The notes below the pieces were generated by a model that saw only the letters and a list, made by a program, of their open reading frames with translations, did not search any database and was not told the DNA's origin. Positions 41,934 to 56,047 of a DNA stretch of 64,000 nucleotides are shown here, piece by piece. The translations under genes and the position numbers were made by a program. Each line of letters opens with the position of its first letter. The stretch's first letter is position 1. Source of the stretch: the human T2T-CHM13v2.0 reference genome, Homo sapiens. Where the stretch lies: assembly GCF_009914755.1 (NCBI RefSeq), contig NC_060932.1. One strand, given 5' to 3'.

Positions 41934-42642
41934 AAAATGAGTTGCCTTTAAACAGTTCTGCAATGGGAAATTTTGGGAAACAGTGAATCATCATTTAAAA
42001 AAAACTGGAGAAGAAAGGCCTATAATACAATCATTTTATAGTCAGACAAGTTGTCTGACAAGTTGTGTTTATGTCATGTAATAATGAGAGGAATGTAGTT
42101 TGAATGACTTTTATATGTAAAGAAAATCACTAGTACATTAAAAAGCGAATGCACACTTTCTATATCACTGGAAATAAGTGAGAAAGCATAAAGTATAATA
42201 AAAATACAAAAAACATATACAGGCAAAGATATATATAATAAATGGGGCTAAACTTTTTTAAATTAAAAAAGTCTAACCAAATGCTGCTAAGAAGACATAA
42301 AACAAAAATTAAATTATATAGATAGCTTAAAAATAAACAGGTTTGCAAATATTTATGAGACAAGTAACCCTGGTGACAATTTTAATAGCAGACAATATAG
42401 AATTTGAAGTGAAAGATATTCATTAAGCCATAGAATACAAGTTTACTTTGAAGAAATTGTAATTCATAAGAAAGATAATAAATCACTAAACATGTTTATA
42501 TGGCAAATGACATAGTATAAAAATTGATTAAAAAAAGAAAATAAAAAAGCAGGTAATATAGACAGAAACACATTCTACAAGGTAAATTTTATACAGCTCT
42601 GTAGCTTTTGACAAAAAACTGCAATGTAGAATGCTTAAATAT
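41406..42642. repeat. Two-part dispersed inverted repeat (41406-41497 vs 42061-42151; 41513-41685 vs 42478-42642)
   Basis: Direct reverse-complement comparison, including a 35 nt exact match. Confidence 0.95.
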
Positions 42643-43869
42643 AGTAATTACTAAGAGCAAACTTCCAAATACATTTCAAACTTTTACTCCATGAACAGAG
42701 AACATGCTTTGCCTTCAAACATCACTACACAGTAAATCAAAATATGCAATATGTTCCATGATGTAAAAAGTTACATAGGATATATTCCTAATAAAATGAA
42801 ATATTAGAAATTGATTTTAAAATTTCAGTACATTAAAACTATTAAATAATTAACGAATTCAAAAACTCTTTCATCACCTACAAAAGAGGTAACCTGTTTA
42901 GAAATGGTGCTAAAGGGGCAAATGAGATATTAAAGTGTCTGTTCTCTGTTCTGACTCTGAGTCACAGAGAAAATTAATGTTAAAATTATAGATTAGAAAT
43001 TTTAAAATTAGAGGACTGTACATCAAAGTTATTCAATGCACCCAATGTTACAGTGAGAGGAAAATTTACAACTTTATGTTATTTCATTATTAAACAAAAC
43101 AGCATATTCATCTATTAAATGAGTATTTAACTCAAGAAGTTTAGAAAAATTAGGTAAAAAGCATGCAGGAGAAAATCATCAAAGAGAACTATTAAAAATA
43201 AAATGAGAAATTATTTAGTAAGTAAACAGCAAAACAGTAACATTGGTTTAAAACATCAAAGGGGAGTCTCTTTAAGAATTAAAAAAAAACAAAAAATACA
43301 TGTAAAATATATTCAATAAAAAATGGAACATAAAAGTTTATAAAATTAATAATCAGAATATATATAAACAGAGAGAGGGAACACTGAAATATTTCAGAGC
43401 ATATTATACATATTTCTACCTTGATAAATTTTAAAACTCAATGAAAATGAATGTTTTTCTAAATAAATGAAATTATAAAATTTGCCTCATTATGAACTAT
43501 AAGCCAAAAATCATGGGGAAAGTATAGCTCCAGAACATGGGAAATATTAAATCTCTTATCAATCATTCATATAAAATTTGCATGATCTTGACAAAATCTG
43601 ACAAAATGAGCACAAAAAAGAAAATTACATATCAACGTTACTTATATTTAATGCAAATAAGTATCCTAAATAATTACAAGCATGCTAAATTTTAACAAGC
43701 ATAAAATAATAAAGGAGTTACTCAAAAAAATCAAATTAAAAATTTAACACAAGAAAAGGAATTAAAATATTATATTCCCTCAATAGGCCCAATAAAATAT
43801 ATGTAATCATTTCAATAGATGAATTTTAAAACCTATGAAATGATCAACTACTATCAATTCAAATCTTAA

Positions 43870-44835
<966 letters not shown>

Positions 44836-45461
44836 GTGTATTAATATAGTATATTGATACAGCATATGGATATACTTTAAATAAATATATATACATTGGA
44901 GTGTGCTCAGAGTTTTATTACCTACAGTGGTACATGAATGAAAATGCCTGCAAACCTCTGTTCACAACAGCAGAAAGCCAGCAGCTGGCTGATAGTACTT
45001 GGGGAAGAGCGCAGACTCCTCTTGTGTTTAGTTTTGAAGAGCTAATTAGTGATAACACCTGCTAGAAACAGAACAGCTGTGATACACTAGGATTTTTGAC
45101 AACACTAACAGAGAGAGAGAAATGTGGGTGGGACCTGAGTCCTGAACTGTGAGAGGTGCTCTGTGTAAAGATTTGAAGCTGAAATGTTGGTATATGTATA
45201 AGTCACCTGATGTTTCTTTATATTCTTATGAACCTTTAAAACAACATTGAGGCAATCAACATTTAATATGTATGAAATTTGAAACATGGTATCGATATGA
45301 AAATTGTAGTTTCTATTCTTATTTACACATGCAATTTATATTCACATAGTTTAAATGTGCTCATTTTTAAAACAATCAGAAAAAAAGCAATAAAGAGATA
45401 ATGAATGAAATGTACCCATTATGTCATACTACAAAGTTAGATAGCTAGTTAATAACATTTT

Positions 45462-45515
45462 GTGTGTGTATATATATATACGTATATATACGTATATATA
45501 CACATATATATATAT
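45462..45515. repeat. (TA)n/(TG)n compound microsatellite
   Basis: Alternating purine-pyrimidine tract with TATACGTATA units. Confidence 0.9.
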
Positions 45516-47225
45516 TTGTATCCTTGTAGTCACATATGCAGTGTTCCGATAAAAATTACATAAATCATTAATGCATATTTTGAGAGTAAACTCAATTAGA
45601 GTAGAGCAGTTTTTAGAAGACATTTACTTTGAAATACTTTTTACTCTGATTCTCTTGATATAGGTTCAATTGACATATTCTGGTGGAGATTAAATTGGGG
45701 AGACGCATAAACACACAAACATTTACAAAAATGGGACCAGATCTTTATGTTGTTTACTTGTTATTTAGATGCATTATCATGATTAACTACCTATTTTGTT
45801 AATATTTTTAAAATTAATTTTGTTAAATATACATTCTCACAAAAGTGTTTAATATCATTGTAGTCTTCCACAATATAATACTTTATTGGATCGATCTTCT
45901 ATTTTGGCAGCTCTGCATTGTTTAGTATTTATTTCAATTTTAGAGAGCACCACCCTCACCGTTCTTTGTGGCACATCTTTGCACATTTTCTTAATTGTTT
46001 TCTTATTCTGGTTCTAATCAAATGGAGGATACAGTTTTTCAGATGTTTTTATTTCACAGGAAGCCATAAACTTATTGTTTTTATATTTAATATATGGTTT
46101 TCTAACAGAGTAGAATGCAAAATATGCATACAGTTTAAATATCCAAACTGGAATTTCAAAGAAATTTCAAGCCATTGGCAGGCTACTTTGAGAGTGGAGA
46201 GGCTAGTGGGGGGTGGGGAAAATCAGATTTACTTGTATCATCAAAGTTTCTTTGGTGGATAAATTTGAGAAGCATCCTCTCAAAGTAGAATTTTTAGAAA
46301 AAAATGGCATGTATTTTTTATGACTTTTGATCCATATTGCAAAATTTTCCTCTAAACAGGTTATACCACTTTATATGTGTAAACACTGTTTCGATTTGTT
46401 GGAAGGTAGTATAATCTTCCACTGAAAAGGCTATTTAAAGTATATTTTTAAAAAATCATGTGCACAAATTACTACTAATTGAGTTTCTACATTTTTCTTT
46501 ATTCTCATGATAATTATGTCATCATCTTGAAATGTTGTTCATGTAAACAACCTCTTTGGAACTTTAGCTAATTTTTAACAAATACAATGTTCTTAATTAT
46601 CTGACTTCCACAAACAGACAAGGGTTAAAGTGAATTTCAAAATCACTCCACAAGGGTGGGCAGACCAGCTGTCCCCAAATTTTGTAAAAAAAAAAAGTAT
46701 TTATAGATATCCAAATTTATTTTAAAATAAAATAATCACATTCTGTATCAATTTTGATTTTTAAAAATCCTCCTAGCTTGTCAGATGGTTGTCAGCCCAA
46801 CTACAGTTAGAACTAAACATTGTTCTGTGAGCACAGCAATGAGAACTCTTAAGTGGACAGTATTGTGGGAAATGGTTAAATAATAGTCTACAATCAATTC
46901 TGATTTGGAAAAGACATAGTATAAAACCTATTATGAGATGCCACCTTTTGTTATTCACTGGCGTGCCTTTCTCATATCAGTATAACTTCTTATGCTTTAT
47001 GAATAATTGATCTAATAGTCCCCATAGCCATTGTAGAAATATTTTAAAGCTGCAAACATAATGTAAATTCAAACAAATTAGGTAGTCTATAAGCTCTCTG
47101 AAAGTAGGACAGTCTCATCTTTGTCTCTTTAGTGCTCAGCTCGGTATTCTACCATAAAAAAGACGATCAATATAAAGTTGTCAAATAAGTAAAATGAGGA
47201 ATACTGCCCCCAAATTAAGATATAA

Positions 47226-47618
<393 letters not shown>

Positions 47619-47859
47619 TTAATCAGCATTAATTGAATGTCTCCTATGAGTAATGTGCTGGAGATACAGTGGTGAATCAAACATTGTCCCCAACCTCTGT
47701 ATCCAAGACATTTGCAGCCTTTGTGCAGCTAATGAGACAGACATGCTCCCCAAACCCCATCTCTCCTCTCTACCAAGAAAGACACTCTGTCTCACTAGAA
47801 TCTTATCAAATTCCAGCTGGGACACACTAGCATAGATTTATACTAGAAATTAATAATTA

Positions 47860-48275
47860 CAACTACCCTACTTCTTTTCTTCCTCCCTTTCTTTGCTCTA
47901 GCGACACTAGTCATCTTTCTGACCGTGGATTCTCTAAATACTTTCCATTCTTAGGAATTTTGTCTTTGCTGTTCCATCGATGTGGAATGCTCTGCTTCAG
48001 GATTTTCTCACTCGGGATTTGGGTTGAAAGCCATCTCCTTAGAGAGATCTTTTCTATTTTCTCCTCCCCAGTCTCAACTAACCATCCTCACTCCAGTCAC
48101 TTTGTGACATATCAGACTGTTTTATTTTCTTCATAGCAATTACAACTTTTCTAAATTATGTGGTTTACGATTTCCTTCATACAGAATATAAATTCCATGA
48201 AAACAAAGACTTTTTATGAAAGCAAATTTATCTTGTTCACCGCTGTATCCCAGTAAGTAAAAGGGACATTCAGAT
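47860..48275 (+). mobile_element. L2 3' fragment
   Basis: GCTGTTCC..TGGAATGCTCT, CTTGTTCACCGCTGTATCCC motifs. Confidence 0.75.
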
Positions 48276-48279
48276 TTCT

Positions 48280-48625
48280 TTGCAATTCTTCCTTTCTGTT
48301 TCTCCTTGCCCCTTCCCTGATCCACAAAGAACCATTGATCTGCTTTTATTTACCTTATATCAGTTTATGCTTCCTAGAAGTTTATACAAATGGAAGCATG
48401 CACTCCTTTTTGCCCACTTGGCCCATCTTTCACTCAGCATAATTATTTTGAGATTCTTTGATGTACAGTGTGTAACATTTTGTTGTTTTATGGGTCATGA
48501 TTTTGGTGTTGAACACAAGAAATCTTTGCCTAATCCAAGGTCAAAAATGTTTTATTCTCTGCATTTTTCTAGATATTTTGTGGTTTTAGATCTTACATTT
48601 AAGACTATGATCAATTTGGAGTTGT
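48280..48625 (-). mobile_element. L1M fragments
   Basis: CTTTCACTCAGCATAATTATTTTGAGATTC and AAGAAATCTTTGCCTAATCCAAGGTCA motifs. Confidence 0.7.
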
Positions 48626-48629
48626 AGTG

Positions 48630-48816
48630 TACCTTTGTGATTATATTGGGCCCATCTGGTTAATCCAGAATAATCTTCCCATAGCAAGATCCTTAAGTTA
48701 ATCACATCTGCAAAGTCCCTTTTGCCTTTTAAAGTAATATATTTACAGGTTTGGGGATTAGAACACAGACATCTTTGCAGGGTGTGAGGAGCACTATTTT
48801 ATTATTCTGCCTACCA
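48630..48816 (-). mobile_element. MLT1 (D-like) LTR fragment
   Basis: TAATCACATCTGCAAAGTCCCTTTTGCC..ATTCTGCCTACCACA. Confidence 0.85.
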
Positions 48817-48974
48817 CAAATGAATTCTTGTAAGCAACTAACCCTGGATCTTTCATATACAAGTGACCTTCCTGTTGCTCTAAAGTGGCTTGCTATGGTG
48901 AACAACTTGAAGACAGGAATGTTAAGACTGAACACTGACCAAAACTTTGCCACCAAAAACTCACCCGATTTTTA

Positions 48975-49190
48975 ATGGAAAGAGCGTAGGCTTAGGAATC
49001 AGTGGGATTTCGGTTTAAATTTCAAGGATTTCAGTTTTGGCTGTGTGATCTTGAACAAGTTCATTTACTCTCTACCTTCAGGCTTCTATTTCAGTAACAG
49101 GGTAATAATGCTTACCTTGTTGATCGTTTTGAGGACTAAAGAGCTAAAGTAAGTTAAAATGCCTGTATAGTACCTGACACAATATGTATG
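48975..49190 (+). mobile_element. MIR
   Basis: GCTGTGTGATCTTGAACAAGT core, TACCTGACACA tail. Confidence 0.75.
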
Positions 49191-49349
49191 ATGCTAATTT
49201 GCATCTATCTCCCAGAAACCTTTGCTCCCACTAAGCTGTATTTTTTTTTTAAAAGGGGATGCTTTATTTATTGCTGATACTTATAGTGTTGTTTTTATCT
49301 ACACTAAAATCATTCATCTTCATATTACTATCATGGCTAAGAGCACATT

Positions 49350-49555
49350 GATGTAGAGGTTAAGAATTATAGAGCCCTAGGTCTAAACCCTGATGGCTGC
49401 ATATGCTAGCTGTGGAAGATCAGGTCCTTTGTTTACTCCTCAGTGCTCTTACCACTTAAATGAGAAAAGTGTTAGGACTGACCTACCTCATGATCTTGTG
49501 AGGATAACAGAGGTGCAGGTAGAGTGTTCCTTACAGGGCTGAGCACACACGCATC
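49350..49555 (+). mobile_element. MIR, decayed
   Basis: GGTTAAGA head, ACCTACCTCA..TTGTGAGGAT. Confidence 0.6.
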
Positions 49556-51299
49556 TCTTTCCTGGGCTGGGTACAGTCTGTGCTGCAGTGAGCTCATTTG
49601 ACCCTTAGAGGGAGCTCCATGTGAGTGAGAATCCTGTGAGGCAGATGAGATGTGTGGTGGTGTTTTTTATTCTGGATTCTGTTTTTAGCAAAACTGATTA
49701 AGGGGTGATTTAAATTGCACAGATTCACTGCCATGTGATGTTATATATGCATTTGTTAAATTCTGAAGCAGAACATTAATTTAGGTTCAGTCTGAGTTAA
49801 CAATAATTTCAATTATTTCACAAAATGTTCATAATGTCCTTGGCAAAATCAGAAAATTCAAATAAATTCACATACCAGAGTAACCTTCAGTGGCTGACCA
49901 AGTTTGTAAATCTAACAACTTATGAAATCTATTTTTCGTGTGTATGTGTGTGTGTGTGCATATATATATATATGAATATGTTTCACTAAAATAGGCAAGG
50001 CAGCAATCATTTTGAGTCTTTCAAACCATAACCTTTCAAAGAAATTAATTCTTCCTGTGACAAAGATTGCTGAGGCAATCAACTATAAATGGCTTTCACG
50101 GAAACAAGTCCAAATAGAAGGGAGTTACAATTAACTTCAATGCTCTGAATAGCCTACAGAAGCCCTAAATTTATTTTCAGCGTATTGAAAAAATGAAAAC
50201 ATAAAACCAGAAAGATGGTACATTCAACACCAAAACCAAGATGAAATATTAATAAATAAAAAGAAGGCACATTAAAGGGGGGACTTAATGTGAAATTTAC
50301 TCCTCACATGGCAAGAAAAAGATGATGTAGTTTAAAAATGTTTCTTCCAGGGAATTATTAAATTCAATTTTTAAAGCAATTATAGATGAACTGTTTTCTA
50401 AAGTAAACGAAGGTGCTCCTGCCTTAGACATGGTGAAACTTCATTTGACTGTGAACTTATATTTGCAACAGTTTGGTTAAATTTCTTTAACATGATGAGG
50501 CATGATCCTGAGTTTGAGCCCCACAGTCCAACTTTGCTGTTTCCTTCACACACCCTGTACTTTCGAGGTCTTCATTATTTGCTTGATGATTGCTTCTAGT
50601 AAAGATTCCTCTGTCTCCACCCTTGTTTGCTGCCAAACCTCCACTTAGGCTGGCAGAGTTCAATTATCCTATTTTCTCAATAATCCTTCCCAATCTTCCC
50701 CCTCCTCCTGCACTTCATGTAAATCTATTTATTTCATCATCATGTTTCCCAAAACACATATTCTATTCCAGTTACTGGTTTATAGGCTTGTCTTCATGAC
50801 TGAACTCTTTATTTTGTGTGAACAGTGACAGTCCCCTTATTTAATTGAGTATCAACAGAACCTCCCAGAGTGCAGAACATCATAGCTATTACATAAATGT
50901 TATGAAATCAAGTTGGATTTTGTATGGCTAGATACAGATGGTGCCATACAGATGTATCCATGATCATTTTTGAGTCTGTGGGATGATGCCAGTGATGATA
51001 ATGGTGGTAATTAAAGTACATAAAGAACAACATATACAAAATTAAGAGATGATTAAATTTTTTCCTTCTTTCAGAAATAAAAAGTGATTCATTATTATGT
51101 TCATTATAAGCAAGTTCATTTATTAAAATGAGTTTATTGATATTTTAGGCAAAAGCAGAACAAGTTAAAATTGCTTATACCTAGACTAAAGCACCTCACT
51201 ATGCATATCCAGGGAAATCTTAGGTACAGAGAGAAAGTGCACTTTCATGGTATATTTTGGGGTGCACTGGGCAGACTCCAATGGCTGAAGCTTCCTCCC

Positions 51300-51915
51300 A
51301 TCTCCTTTATTTATTAGCTTCTGCGTCAGTCTCCATGCAGAAGCTAGAGTGATTTGACTTATTTAAGGAAGATATCAGACCATATAATTTACCTGCTTAG
51401 GACTCTCTGATGGCTTCCCAATCCTCTTAGAATAAAACACAACCTCTTTTCTTCAGCCTCTAGGCCCTGCACAGTCTGGCCTCTGCCAACCAGCCTGGGC
51501 ATTTCTCACTGTGTTCTGCTTCATTCACAAGCTACAGCCAAACTCTCCTTTCTTCTCTTAGTTCAAGACACCATGTTTAGGCCCACTTCGAGCCATCTCC
51601 CCTGGAATGTTTTTCCCTCACCTCTTTAGAAGACTTGCCCCACCTTGCCATTTGGATCGCTCATTAAAGACACTTCCTTAACCTTCTCTGGTTGCCTAAT
51701 CCAGATAGTTCCTCAAATCTTTCAAGAATGTCATCTTGTTTTGTCTTTATGATAGCTCTTAGCACTACCAAAACTTTTCTTGCTATTTGTTTATCTTTGT
51801 GTTTCTCTCCACTGAAAGTTATAATTCCTAATAAGAGATGCCTTGTTCATCTCTGTGTCTCAGAACCCCTAAAAGGAAAATAGGGGCTCAAAACCACTTC
51901 TTAAACAAATGAATG
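51300..51915 (+). mobile_element. L2 3' fragment
   Basis: GCAGAAGCTAGAGTGAT, ATGGCTTCCCA, CCTGGAATG motifs; AATGAATG tail. Confidence 0.75.
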
Positions 51916-52974
51916 GGTAAATACACCACAGGAAACACAACTACTCATTCTTTTTAGTTTTCTTCCCCCTAATATTCTTTTAAATTATTTCTTTGGGCAT
52001 TGGGGATAAGAACATACTCAGCTATGTTCTCTTAAATGTTTAGAAAATTAGACTAATAGAAAGTATATGCATCTTGAGATGTAAATGGTGAAAATACTCA
52101 GCTATCCTAAGACAGGTATGTAGTTTCTGCTAGAATCAAGGAGATGTAGAGAATATAGGAACTTGCTCAAGGAGATTAGCTGAAAATGAAATGAAAGAAA
52201 AGATGAGAGGAAAGTAGGGTCAAGAGAAGCTTTCTGTTTTTATTTCTAAAATGAAAGCAATATGTCTTTAAACATGTTATAGGGGCAAAGATTATATTAA
52301 TTAATCAGGATATGTGTTATTGCAGAAATTTGAGATTTATTTTTCACATCTAAGGTGCTATAAATTACTCAAAGGATAATGTAACATTTTGTAGGAAGTA
52401 CTAATATGTAATTATTGCCATAATCAGGGTGAGATTGTTGGATATTTATGAAGGAAGGGATCAGAAAAGAATTTTTGTATACCATGTGAGAACTTAGGTG
52501 AAGAATGCACCTGGGTAAATAAGGATTGTAATACACAATATACTATCAGATTTATTATGGACATTTCGGGCCATATTGATTGGGCCTGCTTCTTGTGGCT
52601 CAACTAGTGAGACCCGGGGTAAAATCCCTTTTCTGCTTAGTTTTCTTCATTCTTAAAATGGTAAGACTATATATCATCATCTCTAAGGTCTCTAACCAGT
52701 CTAAAACCTCTATACCTAATGGGAATGTTGTAGAATGCATTGAAAGCAGGAGGAAAGCATATAAATGAGTCCAGGTAAGGTAAAATTCATCTACTGCAAA
52801 ATTCTGCCTGATGAGTTTATGTGTCACTTGGAAAGCACATGACCTCTTTTAAAGTATAGTAAATCAATTGTCAAATAGCACTAACAACGCCCTACAAGCA
52901 ATTTAAGATTGCAAAATATTTCCTGGTGAAATGATACATTTTGTAGATAGAAGAAACTAAAGAATGATTTGATA

Positions 52975-55078
52975 TAGCATTTTTGAAATTGTGGAATGCC
53001 AGTTTTATAAGACGTTAATAGGTACGGTGTAACAAATGAGTTTGGTGATCAAATAAGTGTAAAAACATTGCACCTGTTTGGGAGATTCACGAATCTTATC
53101 AGTATATTAAAGCATCTGAGGGATTCATCAGTAAACAAACTCTATTAGTTTTGAACATACATTTTATTCATTCATTCAACAACTATTCATTAAGTTCTAC
53201 TATAAGTCAAGCTCTGTCCGAGGTACTGATATATCAGTGCCAAAATAGACAAACGACCATGTCCTTGTAGGGCTTACATGCTGGAGGGTTGAGGTGAAAA
53301 ATAAACAATTAAAAAAAAAATTCAAAAATATGATAGGAAATGATAAATGCCAAAAAAACCTAGAGGATATTAGGTGAATTAGGGGGGCTGGTGCAGGGGT
53401 AGGAACAAGTTTCATTCAATATTACAGAGCATGGTCCAGAGAGGCCTCATTGAGAAGATGACATCTGAATGAAAAGGGAAGTGAATTATACAAATAGGCA
53501 ATTGGGGGAATAGCATTTCAGGGGAAGAAAATAACCAATGCTAAGGCAAGAACAAGTCCAATGTTGAAAAACCAGGGGGCCATTGTGGCTGAAGCAAAAT
53601 GAGCAAGAAGGATCATCCAAGATAGGAGAGGAGAGAGGATATTTTATGAAGATCTTGATGGGCCACTTAAGGCTTTTGGATTTTTCTCAGAGTCAAATTG
53701 GGAGCTTCTGTAAAGTTTTGAGCACAGAAATAATGATTTGAGTTATAAAAAGATCACTCCAGCTGCTGTGTGGAGAACAAACTATATAATTGCAAAGACA
53801 GAAAACAGGAATCCACTAGGGGTCCATTGCAGTAATCCACATGAGAGATAACTAATCTTGATTAGGAGGACAACAGTACAGATGATGACAAGTGGCAAGA
53901 TTTTTGGACATAGAGTCAAGAGAACTTGCAGATTAGATGTGGAATATGATGGAAGGAGAAGTGTACAGGATATCTTTCAGGCTTTTGTTCTGAGGAACGG
54001 AAAAGATAGATTTGCCATCAACTGAGATGTGGGGAGCTGTGGTGAAGCTAGTTTTTTGAGGAGAAAAGATCAGAAATTCAGTTTTGTTTTTGCTATCTTT
54101 CATAGATATATAAGTAGAGGTGCTGGGAAAGCAGTTTGATATGAGCCAGAAGCTCAGGAGGGAGGTCTGAACTGGAGATACAACTTTGGAAGCAATCAAC
54201 ATATCAATTATATTGAAAGACATGAAAATTGAAGAGATCACCAACCAAAATTGTGTCCATAGAAATAGAAATGGACCAAAGAGTAAGCCTTGGAGCCTCC
54301 AACATCAAAGAGCCTGGGAAGAAGGTAATAGTCCAGCAAAGGAGACTGGGAAGTATCCAATAAGATAGGAAGTAAGTCAGGGGAATGTGGTGGCCTGGCA
54401 TACAAATAATGAATGTATATCAAGGAGATGGGAGTGACAACTATGTCACATGCTCCTGACAGGTCAAGTAAGGTGAGGACTGAGATTAAACACTGGAGTT
54501 AGCAATGCAGAGTCACTAGGAACCTAGATGAGTGCAATTTTAGAAAAGTGGTGGTGTCAACTCCCGATGAAATGTGTTTGGGAGAGAATTAGAAGAAAGG
54601 GATAATTGGAAATAATTAGTATAGCAGCTCTTTTAAGGAGTTTTGCTGCAAATGGGGCTTTTTTAAAAAGTGGGAGAAAAGTGGGCCAAGAGAAGTTGTT
54701 TTCCCTTTTAAAGTGGAATAAATAGCATATGCTTGTATGGCTACAAGAATGATCCGGAAGAGTGTAAAGAATTGATAATGTAGGAGAGAGGGGGAACTTG
54801 TAAGAGCATTTTTCCTATGAGAACAAGTGAGGCTATAGACATCAGCTTTAGATATCAAGAAGTCTTTAGATATCAGCATGAATATTTCATTTATGGTAAC
54901 TGGTAGGAAGGTAGAGTTTAAGGGAGAAGATATTGATAGATAAGTAGGAGGGGTGGCAGGAGTCTATAAAAGTCCTCTCCTGATCATAGAACCTTTTCCC
55001 CTCCCTCTCCAATTCCAACCCAACATTTACTAATATACCCTGTGGAACCAGTATGCCATAGCACACTGGAAAACACTG
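52975..55078. mobile_element. MER103C-like hAT-Charlie element split by an L2 (halves about 52975-53160 and 54980-55078)
   Basis: TCAAATAAG..GGAGATTCAC..ATATTAAAG..CTGAG..CAGTAAA on the left; TGATCATAGAACCTTTT..CACACTGGAAAACACTG on the right. Confidence 0.6.
53160..54980 (-). mobile_element. Long (~1.8 kb) L2
   Basis: ATTCATTCATTCAACAA tail and continuous L2 motifs (GATCACTCCAGCTGCTGTGTGGAGAA, AGGTCAAGTAAGGTGAGGACTGAGA). Confidence 0.88.
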
Positions 55079-55483
55079 ATTTATTGCTATTCATTCAATT
55101 TAGCAAGGTATAACTATATTCAGGAAGGCTAGTCCTGGGTCACATATATGATTAGTGTTAGTAAAATTTTCCTTTTGTATAGATAAACTAGTTGAGTACC
55201 AAATGATCTAATCAGCTCCAATTAATTCTCCACCTAAAGTCATCAGTGTAACCTATATTGATGTTATAATTCACAGGCCATTCTTCAGTCTCTTATACAT
55301 ACAGACTCTCAACAAATACTTGTTGAATGAATAAATGCGTTAAGAAGCCATGTGTTTTTCTAAGCAAAACAGGAGGCAAAATATGGCAATCCACTTATTT
55401 TGCTAATTATACTAAATAAACGGTAATTTAACTTTGAAGTCAGATTATTTAGAAGTGCGAGAATTATAAAGTCACTGTATCAT

Positions 55484-56047
55484 TGTATTAACTTTCTCTT
55501 GCTGCTATATCAAATTACTAAAATTTTAGCAACTGCAAATGAGACTTCTTTATTTTCTCATAGTTTTTTGGGTCCAAAATCTGATACATGTTTCAATGGG
55601 CTAAAATCAACTTGTTAACAGAGCTGCATTCCTTACTGAAGGCAAAGGGAAAAAACTACTCTTGGGCTCCTTCATGTTATTGGCTTAATTCAGTTCCTTG
55701 TGGTTGTAGGATTGAGATTCCTTCCCTGCTGGCTGTCAGCTAGGGGCTGGTCTTTGCTCCTAGAGGCTGCCTGTATTCTTTAATCATGCTCTTCATGTGG
55801 CCCTCTCCAGCAATGATTGGTCAAGTCCCTCTTATACTTTGAATCTCTGACTTCAGCCAAAGAAAATTAGAAAGTTCTCTGATCTCTCTGGCTCATGTGT
55901 TTAGATTTTCCCAGTGTATAAGAGATAATCCAGCATAATCTTTTTGGAATGTTCATCACATCTGCAAAGTTCCTTTGCCATGTAATTTATTCATAAGTTC
56001 CAGGAATTAGGGCAAGGATATCTTTGGGGTACATTTTGCCTATCAGA
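55484..56047 (-). mobile_element. MLT1 (D/E-like) MaLR solo LTR
   Basis: TGTATTAACTTTCTCTTGCTGCT start, AATTCAGTTCCTTGTGGTTGTAGGA, CACATCTGCAAAGTTCCTTTGCCATGTAA. Confidence 0.85.

Noticed and set aside
50460-50530. tRNA-like A/B box remnants
   Set aside because: Too degenerate and no cloverleaf; at most an ancient SINE head.
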